Source of the DNA: Paragordius varius
Taxonomy: Eukaryota > Animalia > Nematomorpha
Assembly: GCA_964247055.1 (NCBI GenBank)
Contig: OZ176051.1
Location: 8,680,001-8,744,000, forward strand
DNA: 64,000 bases
Direction: 5' to 3'
The position numbers and the translations under genes are program-made. How positions within the stretch are numbered: position 1 is the first letter of the stretch; each line of letters begins with the position of its first letter. The notes beneath the pieces were generated by a model. That model was not told where the DNA came from, ran no database searches, and saw nothing but the letters and a program-made list of their open reading frames with translations. Of this stretch, positions 51,225-64,000 are shown piece by piece.

Positions 51225-52344
51225 TATAGCCTAAAATTGCTTGCCCTAAAAAATGCGCCACCATAGAATAACATTTTGAGGCAATTTTTCGAAAATCCCA
51301 CGAGAGCATATGGAATCAATCATGATTCCAGGTATTATCAGAATCAAGGCAAAAATTTTAATCGAGTGTTTTTTTGTTACTTTCCTGGTTAGGGGGCTAC
51401 TCGAGTAAAACTGCGTCATCATATCGATACAACCTGCCTTTGGAGCCAAATTTCAGAAAACCTATGAGACTAATAGGAACATATGGAATCCATGATAAAT
51501 CCAGATATTCCCCATATAAAGGCAAAAAATTTGCCCAACGCTTTTTTTATACCTGCCCTTGGGTAAGGAGCTACCCGCCAAAAACTGCGCCACTATATAA
51601 AATTTGTTTTTTTTTATTTTGGAGCTAATTTGCAGAAAATTTTATGAGCTCATTTAAATAATATTACCCGTAACTAGGTGAAAATTAAGGACAGGCGTTT
51701 TTTTTATTAGCCGTTAATTTGGGGCCTTTATGCCCTAAAAATACGCCATCATATAACTATTATTTAGTGTTGAGGTATTTTTTAAATAACCGATGAGACG
51801 ATGGTATCAAAGATGATTCCAAATATTTGCCCTATAAAGGCAAAGAATTAAAGTCAACGTTTTTCCATATAGGTCTTAGCGCTCTACCGGTTTAAAACTG
51901 AGACACCATACAAAAATGGCGTGGTTTTGGAGCTAATTTTCAAAAAACTTAAGAAGCCAAACGAGTTCAGTTAAACACATTTCTTAGGTATTAATATAAT
52001 ATCATTCTTTCCTTTAAAAATGAACCAGACATAATTTACTTTTATATCCCTTGATCCCAGCTGTGTGAACACAATTTCAAAATAAAGCTTCTAATTTCGT
52101 AAAACAAGAATCTTAAATTAAATGCAATGATAGTTGAATATTAACTTTTATAAGGGACAGTTTAAATATAGTCAATTTAGAGTAAACAATATTTGAGCCT
52201 ATGCAAAACCCGTAAAAGAATAATTAAAGACATTTTTTTAATATGTTTTTCATTATTTTATCTTCATTACCTCTATTTATTGCATTTTATTAAGAAAAAA
52301 ATATCGATGAGACTACGTAACAGCGAAGTGACAGGGCCAGCTAG
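51225..52344 (+). mobile_element. 5'-truncated non-autonomous Helitron
   Basis: 3' end GTAACAGCGAAGTGACAGGGCCAGCTAG|T (degenerate hairpin plus CTAG followed by T). Reverse-complement homologue of 56666-57750, with four ~160-bp internal units. Confidence 0.75.
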
Positions 52345-53650
52345 TATATAAACAAAATGAATAATACTCCTAATATTAATTTATATAAAAAATATAACAT
52401 ATATTAGCCTGCTTATAAGAGCTATTTGTATTAAATAAAATACACCCTATTTTGTTAAAAAATACATTTTGATCTGAAAAAACACACCCTGAGTCAATAA
52501 TACTAGCTATTTTTTGCATTTTCTGTTTAAAGCTATGGAGAGGCCAAAACAAAATAACTGAGGGCGCCAATAGGATTTTGAAAATAATTATATTTTGTAT
52601 TAAATTAAAAAAAACAATTATTTCTCGTCGATACAAGTGAAATTTTATTGGAATTCATACAATTTTAGAAATTAAAATTTATAATGCTAATTAATTATTT
52701 TAAATGCATACTAAATGAATGGAATCTATTAAATATGTTATATCGATATATTTGAATAAATATTGTAATAACTTATTTTTTTATCAACAACCTAAAGAAT
52801 AAGAGTGTGGGAGTATCTTCTGTTAGATGTGTTATTGTCATTTGGTATGGTTACCCTGCATATATGAAACAATTGCCATGTTAAACTAAAAGCAATATAA
52901 TCTTAATCTTGATCACATTACTATTAATACTAAAAACTTTGTTTCCACAACTGTAATTTTTTGATGATACAACATGAATCCTTACTGATTTTTAATCATT
53001 TCATATTTGTTGTGGTTTAAAATTTACCCTATCCTTAAGATCCTATATCAGAAATATAAAAATACCGCATCCTCCATTGATATTTGAAAATAAATAATAT
53101 TCACTATGTATAATTAACTATTTGTTATTAAACGTAAAACCCTCATAACTTTAAGAAATCAAAACTAACAAAATAAATATAGCTTATCTAAAACAGATGG
53201 TTTAAACCACAATTGCCTCTATCTGTATTTTTTTATGAATTATACGTGTTTAAAATTAGCTTTAAAAAACCCGATTAATGTGGATACCCGTTTTTTTCTT
53301 CCTAATTGAATGAATCATTTTATTTAAACTATTAAATGACATAAATTTAATATAACGCTATATTATAAACTTATATTTAATTTTCTGTCTATTATCTCTT
53401 GTTTTTGAAAAATTGAAAAACCCGTAATATCATGAAATTATGATTGGGGGATCATTTTAGTTTCGGTTTTGGAACACTGAAATTAGACTAAATTTATATT
53501 TTGAGTGGTGATGGAAAAAGTTTAAATTCGTCGATTAATTTAATTAATAAATAAACGTAATCGATTTTTCTCCTAACGCACGACATCTATTTATGATTTT
53601 AAAAATATAATAAAAAAAGCAATTTATTATAGCATATACATATCTATATA

Positions 53651-54879
53651 TTAACAGGGCTCAAGGTTATTGATTAAATTAATTTTGGCGTGACGAGGCT
53701 CCCATTTAAACAAAGATGTAAATGCTATTCCTCTAATGCAATGTCCTTTGGAAATTACATTATCAAGACGTTCAATTGTAATACTTGCATGTCCAATAGA
53801 TTCCCAAGTTATATTAACTCCAATTTTAGTTTGTTCTACAGTAATCTAAAACAACAACACATTTTGTATTAATTAATTTATTTATAAATAATGATTTGAA
53901 ATACAGTACTATAATAATATAATTTTTGAATACATCTTTTTATCTAGGGATGTTTGCTATGAGAAATGACTTGCGTCATAATCAGTTTAGTTCAAGATAG
54001 AGTAAAAATAACGGTTTATTGGAAATATGTTTAATTTAAATTGATTATTTTTTTCAGTATATGTTATTTTAAATAACTCTAGCTATTTAAATCATGGTCT
54101 TAGCAAACATCCGCTTAACAAAATAAGGAAAACAAAACACAGAAAAAGATCATGACAAAATAAATAAAAATATTTTAAATAAAAAAATAATTTTAAAAAT
54201 CCTCTAAATTCAATCACTCTAACAAAATATATCAATCAATTTTATAAAAGCTGGTTAAGTTAGCATTTATCCGATATAATCAAATTTTTAACTATAAAAT
54301 TGCAACATTTTTTAACCTACGCCATTATTTTCTGTTTTGCCCTATTTAAAATCTATGGCATTTTTAAAAAAATAGAGGTAAAATAATTTGGCCGCATGTT
54401 TTCTGAATTAACAGCTTTGTGTTAAAAAGATTTCGAAACATTTTTGTACATGTATAACTTGTCAAATACCATTGAATTGAATTCCATCGTCAAGTTAAAT
54501 ACCTCCTGCGTTTTGATATTGATGAATTCAACAAAACACGCTTCTTCAGATAGATGATTCATTTTTAGTTTAACCTATCATATCAAAATATTTAGTAATT
54601 CAAAATCAATTAGTGCTGCCAGCCATTATATACCAATACTTCAAAAGTGTCATCGAACTCTTCAAGTTGGTCCATAAAATTTAAATTTTGATTTAACCAT
54701 ATTTTGTTTTTAAATGTTATTATTTATTACCTAATTTTCTTTATTTATTATAAATTTATTAAATAAGTTTTTTTATTCAAAAACCACTTTTGTCTAATTT
54801 TTTCCAATTTAACAAAATAATTTAAAGATGTTAATGATAAAAATTGTAAATATTAAAAAACTTATTTGATTACATGTAA

Positions 54880-54944
<65 letters not shown>

Positions 54945-56218
54945 ATTCTAATTAATAAAGATATACGGTTCTTAAATGATCAAATTGATTTAAATTTTAT
55001 GTTAAATTAAAATAGGTTAAAAAGGATGAAAAACACACGATTTTGATAATTAAAAACAAAACGAAAAAGTTAAGGGATCAACTTGAAATGTTCAAGAACG
55101 AACGCGAAAATGCTCAAATACCAACTTGAAGTGTTCAAGGAAACTCTTGAGATGCCAATGTTATATCATATATTATATACAGCCAATCTAAAATCAAAGT
55201 TGACAGTTTTTAGTAATGTCCGCATTTATTGTTGAAAGAGGTATTATATCGTTTTAATGATAAAATATGCAAAAAACCCTTCACAGTTCGGAGTTAAAAC
55301 GATATCGAATTCGTGGTAATCAAGATAATTTGATATATATAAAGCCAACGATGAGCCGATCAAACGACAAAGCAACCCAATAAATTAGGACTAAAAATTG
55401 ATATTATATTTTATTCATATATTTAAAATTTATTAACAACTTTACGCAAGATTATTGTATAATTAATTTATAATATTGTAAATTCCGAAAATCTATCATT
55501 TTTTTCATATTTTTAGTAATATTTCACAGTTTACCATCTAGTGTTTTTAGGTTAATTAAAATTTATGGTGAAGACATTTGTCAAAGTTATGCTATGCAAT
55601 TTAACTATCAGACAAAAGACTCTGCTATTAAACTATTTATGTTTATAACATCTCTTAGTTTATCAATCCACATTATACACATATTCTATAAGATTATCAT
55701 TCGTTTGGAGAAATTATAATTGGTTATTGATCAATTTGCCGTTAATTGCCATATTAAGATTTCTTGTGGCAAAATTTTTTTTATAAAATATACGGTTTTT
55801 AAACTAGAATAAGCACGAGTCTAAGGAATGACCATTTTTAAACTAAATATTAAAATTGGGTGGCTCAGCGCAATCCATAGCGTAAATTACCCCCTTCAAA
55901 AACTTGCATTTATATCAGGAGATTCGATTTATGGTGATTAAATTTAAAGCAATGGATTAGTGATTACCATTTTATAAATTAACAATTAAAAAAAAAGAAT
56001 TTTTCATCATAATGAAACTTACGACATCGGAAGACCCCTCAATTTGTAAATTGGGAAACATTTTTAAATTAATTTCAAAATATTTCCCATAATGCGACCA
56101 TAGATTGAATGTGTCGAATGGTACATCGCGATGTAAGTTGCGTATCCTCATCCTTCCTCTCAAATACACATTTATTGATCTTTGATTGTTTTTTGTCATG
56201 GGTTCTAATATAGCATTT
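53651..56218 (-). CDS. Unknown multi-exon gene Y (partial)
   Basis: Stop-free GT-AG exons 56218-56023 (NAILEPM..GSSDV|gtaagt), 54574-54440 (VKLKMNHL..YMYKN) and 53845-53651 (ITVEQTKIG..NNLEPC-stop), chaining in phase 0. A hydrophobic, signal-peptide-like candidate first exon (MHINISILILVTFNDFLIMAKA) starts at 59220. Confidence 0.55.
54885..54938. repeat. (TA)27 microsatellite
   Basis: Uninterrupted TA run. Confidence 0.97.
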
Positions 56219-56665
56219 CTAAGAAAGATGAAAAAAATAATATGGAACATTTTTTATATGCTTTTGACCATTGCTACTTTATAGCACAAATACTTAATTG
56301 TCATTATGTAAAAATTTTCTATTTTGATTAAAATATTATAATTGATTTATTGAATTGGATTAAATATATTATCCATTTGACTCACAAATACCAGATAATG
56401 TTAAATATACATGCTAATATCTGAATAAAATTCCACTGTTATGAGAAAAATCATATTCTAAAAAATCCCATGTTTTATCAAACAAAGAAAATTGGATTCT
56501 GGATCCAATTGAATGCGACTTTGATCTATAACCTTAGGGAATTTTTTCGGTTTCATTTAAAATGGAAAATGCCGAGTTTTTATTAAACTTACTAGTAATA
56601 TCCCAGGTTTTGAAAACATCCATTACATGGTTTTATTTTGTTATGATATTATATTTTATTTAATA

Positions 56666-59059
56666 CTAGAGGGGCCTGTCACGCTTCTCTCTGACGTACA
56701 CCGATAATTATTCCTGATAATTTGCAATAAATAAAGGTAATGGAAAAAAAATAAAAAAACATATTTAATAAAAACAATGGCTTTAATTATTTTTTTTACG
56801 GGTTTTCGCATAGGCCCAAATATTGTTTATCGAAATTGACCATATTTAAACTGTCCCTTATTAAAGTTAAAATTGAACTATCATTGGATTTATTTTAAGA
56901 TTCGTTTTACAAAATTATGGTTAAAAGTATTATTTTGAAATTGTATTCACACAGCTGGGATTAAGGGAAAAAAGTAACTCATTTTTGGTCCCTTTTAAAG
57001 GAAAAAATTCGCCAGAAATGTGTTTAATGAGCTCGTATGTCTTCTTAAGCTTGTTAATCATCTCCAAAACCACGCCATTTTTGTATGCCTTCTAGTTTGA
57101 AACCGGTATATCCCTAACCATAAACTTATTTGGAAAAAGTGCTGAGTTAGATTCTTTGCTTTTAGAGCAAATATTTGGAATCCTCTATGATACCATCGTC
57201 TCATGGGTTATTGGAAAATATACCTCCACTAAATAATCGTTATATGATGGCATATTTTTGGGGTATAAAGGCACCAAATTAACGGCTAATAAAAAACGCC
57301 TGATCTTTATTACCTAGTTACGGGTAATATTTCAAGCTTTTAATGAGCTCATATGGCTATATAGATTTTTTTAAAATTAGCTCCAAAACAACGCAAATAT
57401 AGTGGCGCAGTTTTTGGCGGTTAGCTTCTCATCCAGGGGCAGGTATAAAAGAAGCTTTGGACAAAATTTTTGCCTTTATGGGGAATATCTGGAATTATCA
57501 TGGATTCCATATGTTCCTATAAGACTCATAGATTTTCTGAAATTTGGCCAAATGCATGCTGTATCGATATGGTGACGCAGTTTTACGCGAGTAGCCCCCT
57601 AACCAGGAGCGAAACAAAAAACGCTCGATTATAATTCTTGCCTTATTTCGGTTAATACCTGGAATGATTGATTCTATATGCTCTCGGGATTTTCAAAAAA
57701 ATTGCCTCAAAACCAAAAATTCATTTTATGGTGGCGTATATTTCAGGGCAAGGGCCTAATTAAGGGGTAATTTAATAAAACCGCTGTACTTAAATTTTTT
57801 TCTTTTTGCGGGTAATGTTTCAGGCCCTTATTGAACTCTTATGGCCTGATAAGTTTTCTAAAATTTGCCTCAAAAGTCACACTTTCTCGATATGGTGGCG
57901 CAGTTGTTGGCGGGTAGCCCGCTACCTAGAGGCCAATAGAAAAAAAATATTCGATAATTTTTGCCTTTATAGGGAAATACCTGGAATCATCATTCATTTT
58001 TTAGGTTCCTAATTGTTTTTGGAAGAATGGCTTCAAAACTAAAAAATCATTCTATGGTGGCGCATTTTTTAGGGAGTGAAGGGCCTAATTAACGGCTAAT
58101 TTTAAAAAACCGTGCGACCAAAATTTTGGCCTTTTTACGGGTAATATTTCAGGCCCTAATTAAACTTATGTGGCCTGATAAGTTTGAAAATTAACTCCTA
58201 AACAACGCAATTTCGATATGGTGAGTTTTAGGCGGGTAAGAGGCTGATACAAAAAAGCGTTTGATTAATTTTTGCCTTTTTACGGAGAATACATGGAATC
58301 ATGATTGTTTCCATATGCTCTCATTAGTTTTGAAAAAATTGCCTCAAAACTAAAAAATCATTCTATGGTGGCGCATTTTTCAGGGAGTGAAGAGGCTAAT
58401 TAACGGCTAATTATAAAAAACGCACGACCTAAATTTTTGCCCTGTTACGGGTAATATTTTAAATACCTTTTGAACTCATATGTGGCCTGATAGGTTTTCT
58501 GAAATTTAGCCCCAAAGGCAAGCTATTTCGATATGATGGGACAGTTTTTAGCGGTTTCCTACCCAGCAGCCAATAAAAAACCCACAACTAAAATTTTTGC
58601 CTTTTAACTGGGAATATTTGGTATCCTCATTAAATTTTTACGGTCTCATACCCTGGGCGACAAATAGGTAAAAAAATTATTTTTGGGGACTTTGTTTTTT
58701 GAAAAATGGCATTTTACGGGGGGAGCGGGTAAAAAGAGGGCCTAAATTAAAAAAGCGTGCCGGCTATGTTCGGCGCAATCAAAGAAAAGTAAAAAAATCA
58801 TATTTGAAATCGTATGGTCCAACACGTTTTCCGGAAAATTGTCTCAAAGACACGATTTTTGTGGAATTGTGTTTTCAAAAAAACCCGTTTTTTACATGAA
58901 GTGGGCCCGAAGTGGGGGCCTAATTCAAAAAAGGGCGAAGCTATTGTCGGGACATTCATCAATGATTATATTTTTTCGACATTTGGATTTAAATGGGTAC
59001 ACCGGTTTTCCGGAAACAGATCACAAAGCCAGCATTTTCCATTTTTATAAATATATAGA
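56666..59059 (-). mobile_element. Full-length non-autonomous Helitron (~2.4 kb) with internal ~160-bp tandem units
   Basis: On the minus strand it begins A|TCTATATATTTATAAAAATGG and ends GTCAGAGAGAAGCGTGACAGGCCCCTCTAG|T (inserted in AT, no TSD). About nine ~160-bp units lie between 57246 and 58640. Confidence 0.85.
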
Positions 59060-59937
59060 TTTCTTTGAGCTAAAGATAGAAAAAACATTATTTTCTGACC
59101 GCTGAAAGAGTGATTATATTTTTTACAAGTACAACTAAATTTCTCCACATAATCAGCTTTAGCCATTATAAGGAAATCGTTAAAGGTTACTAAAATGAGA
59201 ATGCTTATATTAATATGCAATTTAACAAGGAATCACAATGGAATATATGTATTAAAGGAAGTACTTAAATAAAACCGATAATGCAAAAGATGAATTAATA
59301 TTAGATGAAAGGTCACATACAAAAAGAGATGGTAACTTTTCGGTAAAAAGATTGATAAATAGGGCTCCATATCGGAATAGTTTATAAATGACTGCTCATT
59401 AATGTAATCACTATTATCGAAGCAGGGGCGTACCGAGGGGGGGGGGGGGGGGGCAAGGGGTGCATCATGCCCCGGGCGCCGCTATTTAGGGGCGCCTAAA
59501 TGATTTTTTAAAATTAAATTTTAATTATGCAAAAATAATAAGAACTTTCAAATGAGATTTTTCAGCAATATAGGTAACCAGAAAATATTATACATGAAAG
59601 ATATTTTTTCTCTTAGTTGCCTTTTTCTTTCCAAGTGAAAAAATCTTTATATAATTAATATTTTATTAAATAAATTGCATTATAATTCTGTTAAAATAGT
59701 GTTATAAAATTCGCCTAGATTTACAATTATTTTTTAAATTATTAATGTTCGCTATTATCATAAGATCACTTCAATATATGCAACAAAAACATTATTTTTA
59801 TATATAATTAGCGTAAATCTCGTGCTTCTACGCAGCCCGAGAAAGTCCTTCGGATTTGTGGGGGGAGGGGCAATTTGGAAAAAGGGATAATAAAATGATC
59901 CACATATGTGAATTATTTCGAAACATTATTTAATATA

Positions 59938-60329
59938 CCATTTACAGTTCAAATTCACCCTTGAACAATTCAAATTCACCCTCAAACAATTCAAATTCAC
60001 CCTTGAACAATTCAAATTCACCCTCGAACAATTCAAATTCACCCTCAAATAAATAACATGTTTTTTAAGATTAAAAATTACCTATATTTTAATATATTTT
60101 TAAAAAATAAAATTTTGTTTTAAATTAAAATAATACTGAAAAAAATAATTAATTATGCCATAAAGATATATTTTATATTAATAATGAGTTATATTAATTC
60201 GAAAACACATAATTTATTTTTAGGGTGAATTTGAATTGTTCGAGGGTGAATTTGAATTGTTCAAGGGTGAATTTGAATTGTTTAAGGGTGAATTTGAATT
60301 GTTCACGGGTGAATTTGAACTGTAAATGG
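59938..60329. mobile_element. TA(TA)-flanked foldback MITE whose arms each hold five 21-bp repeats
   Basis: CCATTTACAGTTC...GAACTGTAAATGG termini. 5x (T)TGAACAATTCAAATTCACCC on the left and 5 reverse-complement copies on the right. TATA on both flanks. Confidence 0.9.
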
Positions 60330-60411
60330 TATAGCTATGATCTCATAGGAATTTCAAAACGCTGCATTCATACTAATATATTGTTTACTTGAGCGAAAAA
60401 TAGATTCAAAA

Positions 60412-60803
60412 AATTATTTTTGTGGACTTTGTTGTTTGAAAAAAAATGGCATTTTACGGGGGGAGCGGGTAAAAAGAGGGCCTAAATTAAAAAAGCGAGA
60501 CGACTATGTTCTGCGCAATCGAAAATAACTAAACAAAAATCATATTTGAAATTGAATGGTCCAACACGTTCTCCGGAAAATTGTCTCAAAGACACGATCT
60601 TTATGGACTTCTGTTTTCAAAAAAACCCATTTTTTACACGGGGTGGGCCCGAACTGGGGGCCTAATTCAAAAAAAGAGGCGAAGGTATTGTCGGGGTATT
60701 CATTAATGATTATATTTTTTTGACATTTGGATTCGAATGGGTTTACCGGTTTTCCGGGAACAGATCACAAAGCCAGCATTTTCCATTTTTATAAATATAT
60801 AGA
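60412..60803 (-). mobile_element. 5' fragment of the Helitron family, nested in the hAT element
   Basis: Direct repeat of 58676-59059, including the TCTATATAT 5' terminus. Confidence 0.8.
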
Positions 60804-61435
60804 TTTCCATATTATAGAATATATTAGAATATTAATGTATTTAAAAATGAATAAATTTAGTATGATATAAATATATATATTTAATAGATTTAAAATTTAT
60901 ATGACTGTGCTGTCTTATCTATGGTGTTTTGGTTACAACGTTTGTTTTTTTACTAAATTGTTTTATTGGCTTTTTTTAAAAAAAGGGGGGGGGGAGGGGG
61001 GCGCCATAAAAGTTTTATGCCCCGGGCGCCGCAAATGCTCGGTACGCCACTGTATCGAAGTGTAACTAGACATAAATACTAACACCATTTAAAAGCGATA
61101 ATACCATAATCGTAGTTGTCGTTGCCACAAATTTATGAAGTTTCCGAATAACAAAACAAAATTATATGTAATATTAATTAAATAATTTAAAAAAATTATT
61201 TACTGTAGATAATAAAAGAATTTTGCTGGATATGAGAGCTATTTACCTCAAATAATAATGCGAACGAAAAGTGGTACTTATTTTTTTTATTTTAATAAAA
61301 TTTGATTTTTCTTTTCAGATATGAAAAATATAAAATTATAACAAACAGCTTACATTGATGAACCCCCATATATTTAGTAAGAAAATATAAAACAATAAGT
61401 GAAAGAAAATAAAAAATATATCATAGTCAAAAACA

Positions 61436-61612
61436 ACTTTTTTTCAAGAGCAACATTTTTTCATCCAAACGCAACATTTTTTTCAACCAAACGTAACTTT
61501 TTCAGCTTTCTTTGTAATAATGGTGTGCTTAAAAAATGTTGCGTCTGGTAAAAAATATATTGCGTTTGATTGAAAAAATGTTGCTGAATGAAAAATGTTT
61601 TTTGTTGAAAAA
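61436..61612. repeat. Small inverted-repeat element with AAACGCAACATTTTTT subrepeats
   Basis: GCAACATTTTTT blocks at 61450-61500 are mirrored by AAAAAATGTTGC blocks at 61530-61590. Confidence 0.55.
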
Positions 61613-62784
61613 TGGTATATATTTAAATAAATTTAGTTATTATATATTATTGATTTAAATATAAACATCTGATAAAGTTATATCAAAGTTTTGGAATAAC
61701 AATATTTTAATAAGTAAACAAAAATTCTAATTAACAATAAATATCCATATACCGTAAAAATAGTATAGAGCTATTATTTAATTAATTATTATTATAATGG
61801 AAACTCACCTATACCATAAAATGATATTGTTGACTTTATCCACATAATTATAAAATCCAGGCATTCTAATCAAATCACACAGATGGTGCTTGTAAATAAA
61901 GACACCTATGTTATGTAAAATATCACAATTAATAATTTAAATACCGGAATGAATAAACGCGTAATATAGATAAATTTTATATATGCAAAAGTTAATGGCA
62001 AAGATATGAAACAAAACCCTTTCCGGCTCTACCAAAAAATGTGTGGCTAAAGTGGAATCCCTCGTAACCCCGATAATGGGGAAAATACAAAGCCCAATAT
62101 CCGTATCATGAATCTTTTTAGATAAAAGATTATTTTTTTGTTAAAATATTGATATTTAATTATATTACAACTTAATATTATCTTACAATTTGAAAATATT
62201 AATAATTAAAAATGATTATTTTTTTATTATTACGATTATAGATTACCCACATATTAGTAAAATCAAGGAAGGTAAAACATTAGGACTAAATTTAAATTGG
62301 AGGAGGCATGATGTTAATTCTCGGTCTTATTTATATATATATGTAATTAGACAATAGGCGAAACTTGATCTATAAAATTTTTTATTTTATGATTAAAAAA
62401 GGTGGATCAGTTTTAGTGCTGGTTGCACTAACAAATTAACTGGTAGTTGTTATCAAATTATACAATCATAATAATTGAAACATAAAAATTTTAGCGGTCA
62501 ACAACTACGATTCTACCATAACATTTAAAATTATTTTTAATATAAAAATTTCCCAATAATGAGTTTAAGTAGAAATTAAATATTTGGCTTTTAGAGTTAC
62601 CGATCAATTATATTAAAATTAAAGAATTAAAAAATTGGTTGTACTATTGATTGACTGAGATACCGACAATCATTATAATTATTTGACACTTTTACATGCA
62701 TTGATCTGGGTATTTAATAATAATAATTATAATCTATATAAGAGTATATTAAGAAACAGTGTTACGCTTTGAATACATTATTTA

Positions 62785-63541
62785 CAGGGCTTTGAAACGG
62801 AACCACATGAAGCGGGTACCCGGTTCTTATATGGTTTCTTTTCAAAAAATAAACTTTTTTTGTTTTAATAGCTCAATAACATAATTTCTAATTTACCATC
62901 AAAATGGAATAACCATCATAATTTTTAAATTTTTTGGTTAAAATTATTAAAATTGATCATTTGATAACATTTTGTTCTTGAATCCGATTGAAATGGAATA
63001 ACCATGCTGTTTGAATATCATACCTCACTTAAAGAAAACACAGACATAATTGTTTACTTATTTTCCAAATCTATAGATTAAGAACATTTTCCTTTATAAA
63101 TCTGGTATAAAACCATAAATATAGCGTATATAATAAATTACTTATAACGGAAAAAATGATCTACACTATCTTGGTAAACCAGAGCCCATGGGCCGAATGA
63201 GGCCCACAAAATTTTTTTGACCACAGATTTTGTAAAATATCATCGTGTAGGTTACATTAACGATATATATTACGGCTTACAACATAGAAAGAACATATTT
63301 CACGCTATATTAAATATTTTCAGAACTGAGAACTAGTCTTACGACCCAAGTACTTGATTCAATAATTTATGTTAATACTCTTATTACTTATCTTTATTAT
63401 TATACATTTGGCTATTTATTTTTTTCTAACAATTATGAATGAAATGTTGTATGAAAATCATTTAATGAAAAGTCAATTTCGGACACAAACTTCCAGAACC
63501 CGGCTCCAATTCCACTTTTTGCGAATCGGATCGAAACCCTG
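62785..63541. mobile_element. Probable hAT-type MITE
   Basis: CAGGGCTTTGAA...TCGAAACCCTG ends; flanking 8-mers ATTATTTA and ATAGTTTA match 6/8. Confidence 0.5.
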
Positions 63542-64000
63542 ATAGTTTATGATATGTGCATATTATCAAAAATAATATAATTGTATTACTTCTCCCATAT
63601 TTTTCCGTTTTATTGTACATTATTTGCGATCCTGATTTCACAAAATCTGATGGTTGATACAAATAATTATACAATTTTTTTGGCAAATTAATTATAAGAC
63701 ATGTAAAAATATTTTTAAAATATCTCTTTGTCATACATGTATACACATATATATATATAATCTAAATTTAATAAAAAGCAAGAGCAAAGCATTCTTTAAT
63801 TTACAATTAAAATTAGGTTATATAAAATCTTTGATACTTGATTATACCATTTTTTCAATTTGGCTTTAATATTCTTCAAAAAAATGAAACATGATCCATC
63901 GCACCTTAAAAACGGTCGGGGGGGGAGATATTATTGTTTTGAAAAATAAATTAATGTTATAACCAATTCTTTCATAGGTTTTAAGCACTTCTATTGATTT

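Larger units (their letters stand above)
59423..61052. mobile_element. Non-autonomous hAT element with perfect 8-bp TSD
   Basis: TIRs CAGGGGCGTACCGAG / CTCGGTACGCCACTG. TATCGAAG at 59415-59422 and 61053-61060. Confidence 0.93.

Noticed and set aside
51246-59105. Short ORFs within the Helitron, and those in the MITEs (39645, 40481, 40488, 46287, 46294)
   Set aside because: They lie in repeat DNA, lack domains, and are not conserved in frame between copies.
5763-61612. A common mechanism linking the many nuclear inverted repeats to the mitochondrial coding palindromes
   Set aside because: The nuclear inverted repeats are diverged and explained by transposon architecture; only the NUMT arms are perfect.

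Overview
Very AT-rich eukaryotic (animal) nuclear DNA, not prokaryotic. Genes: (i) a complete 5-exon mitochondrial ClpP protease gene (8223-9574, +); (ii) a glutamine-dependent asparagine synthetase with at most one intron, split by a single in-frame TAA (29192-31090, -); (iii) a 3-exon GNAT acetyltransferase (43114-45023, +), apparently nested antisense in an intron of a larger unknown gene; (iv) three unidentified minus-strand multi-exon genes found only by matching splice phases. A ~2.3 kb NUMT (nad4-trnH-nad5, invertebrate mitochondrial code, frameshifted) carries perfect inverted repeats inside protein-coding sequence (64, 57 and 75 bp arms plus a 24 bp palindrome). This is the hallmark described for Nematomorpha (horsehair worm) mitogenomes, so the host is probably a nematomorph (inference). 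The NUMT also has two large in-frame nad4 deletions, one leaving a hairpin stump, and a D-armless tRNA-His. Several introns are only 23-32 nt. Mobile DNA: an RTE-type LINE with a twin-priming 5' inversion, a decayed mariner, a 4.8 kb foldback built from two 3' halves of a Chapaev-like transposon, CACT-ended MITEs with 3-bp TSDs, TTAA MITEs, Helitrons with internal ~160-bp satellite units, and a hAT element with nested inserts. All homology calls come from motif recognition by eye; no searches were run.
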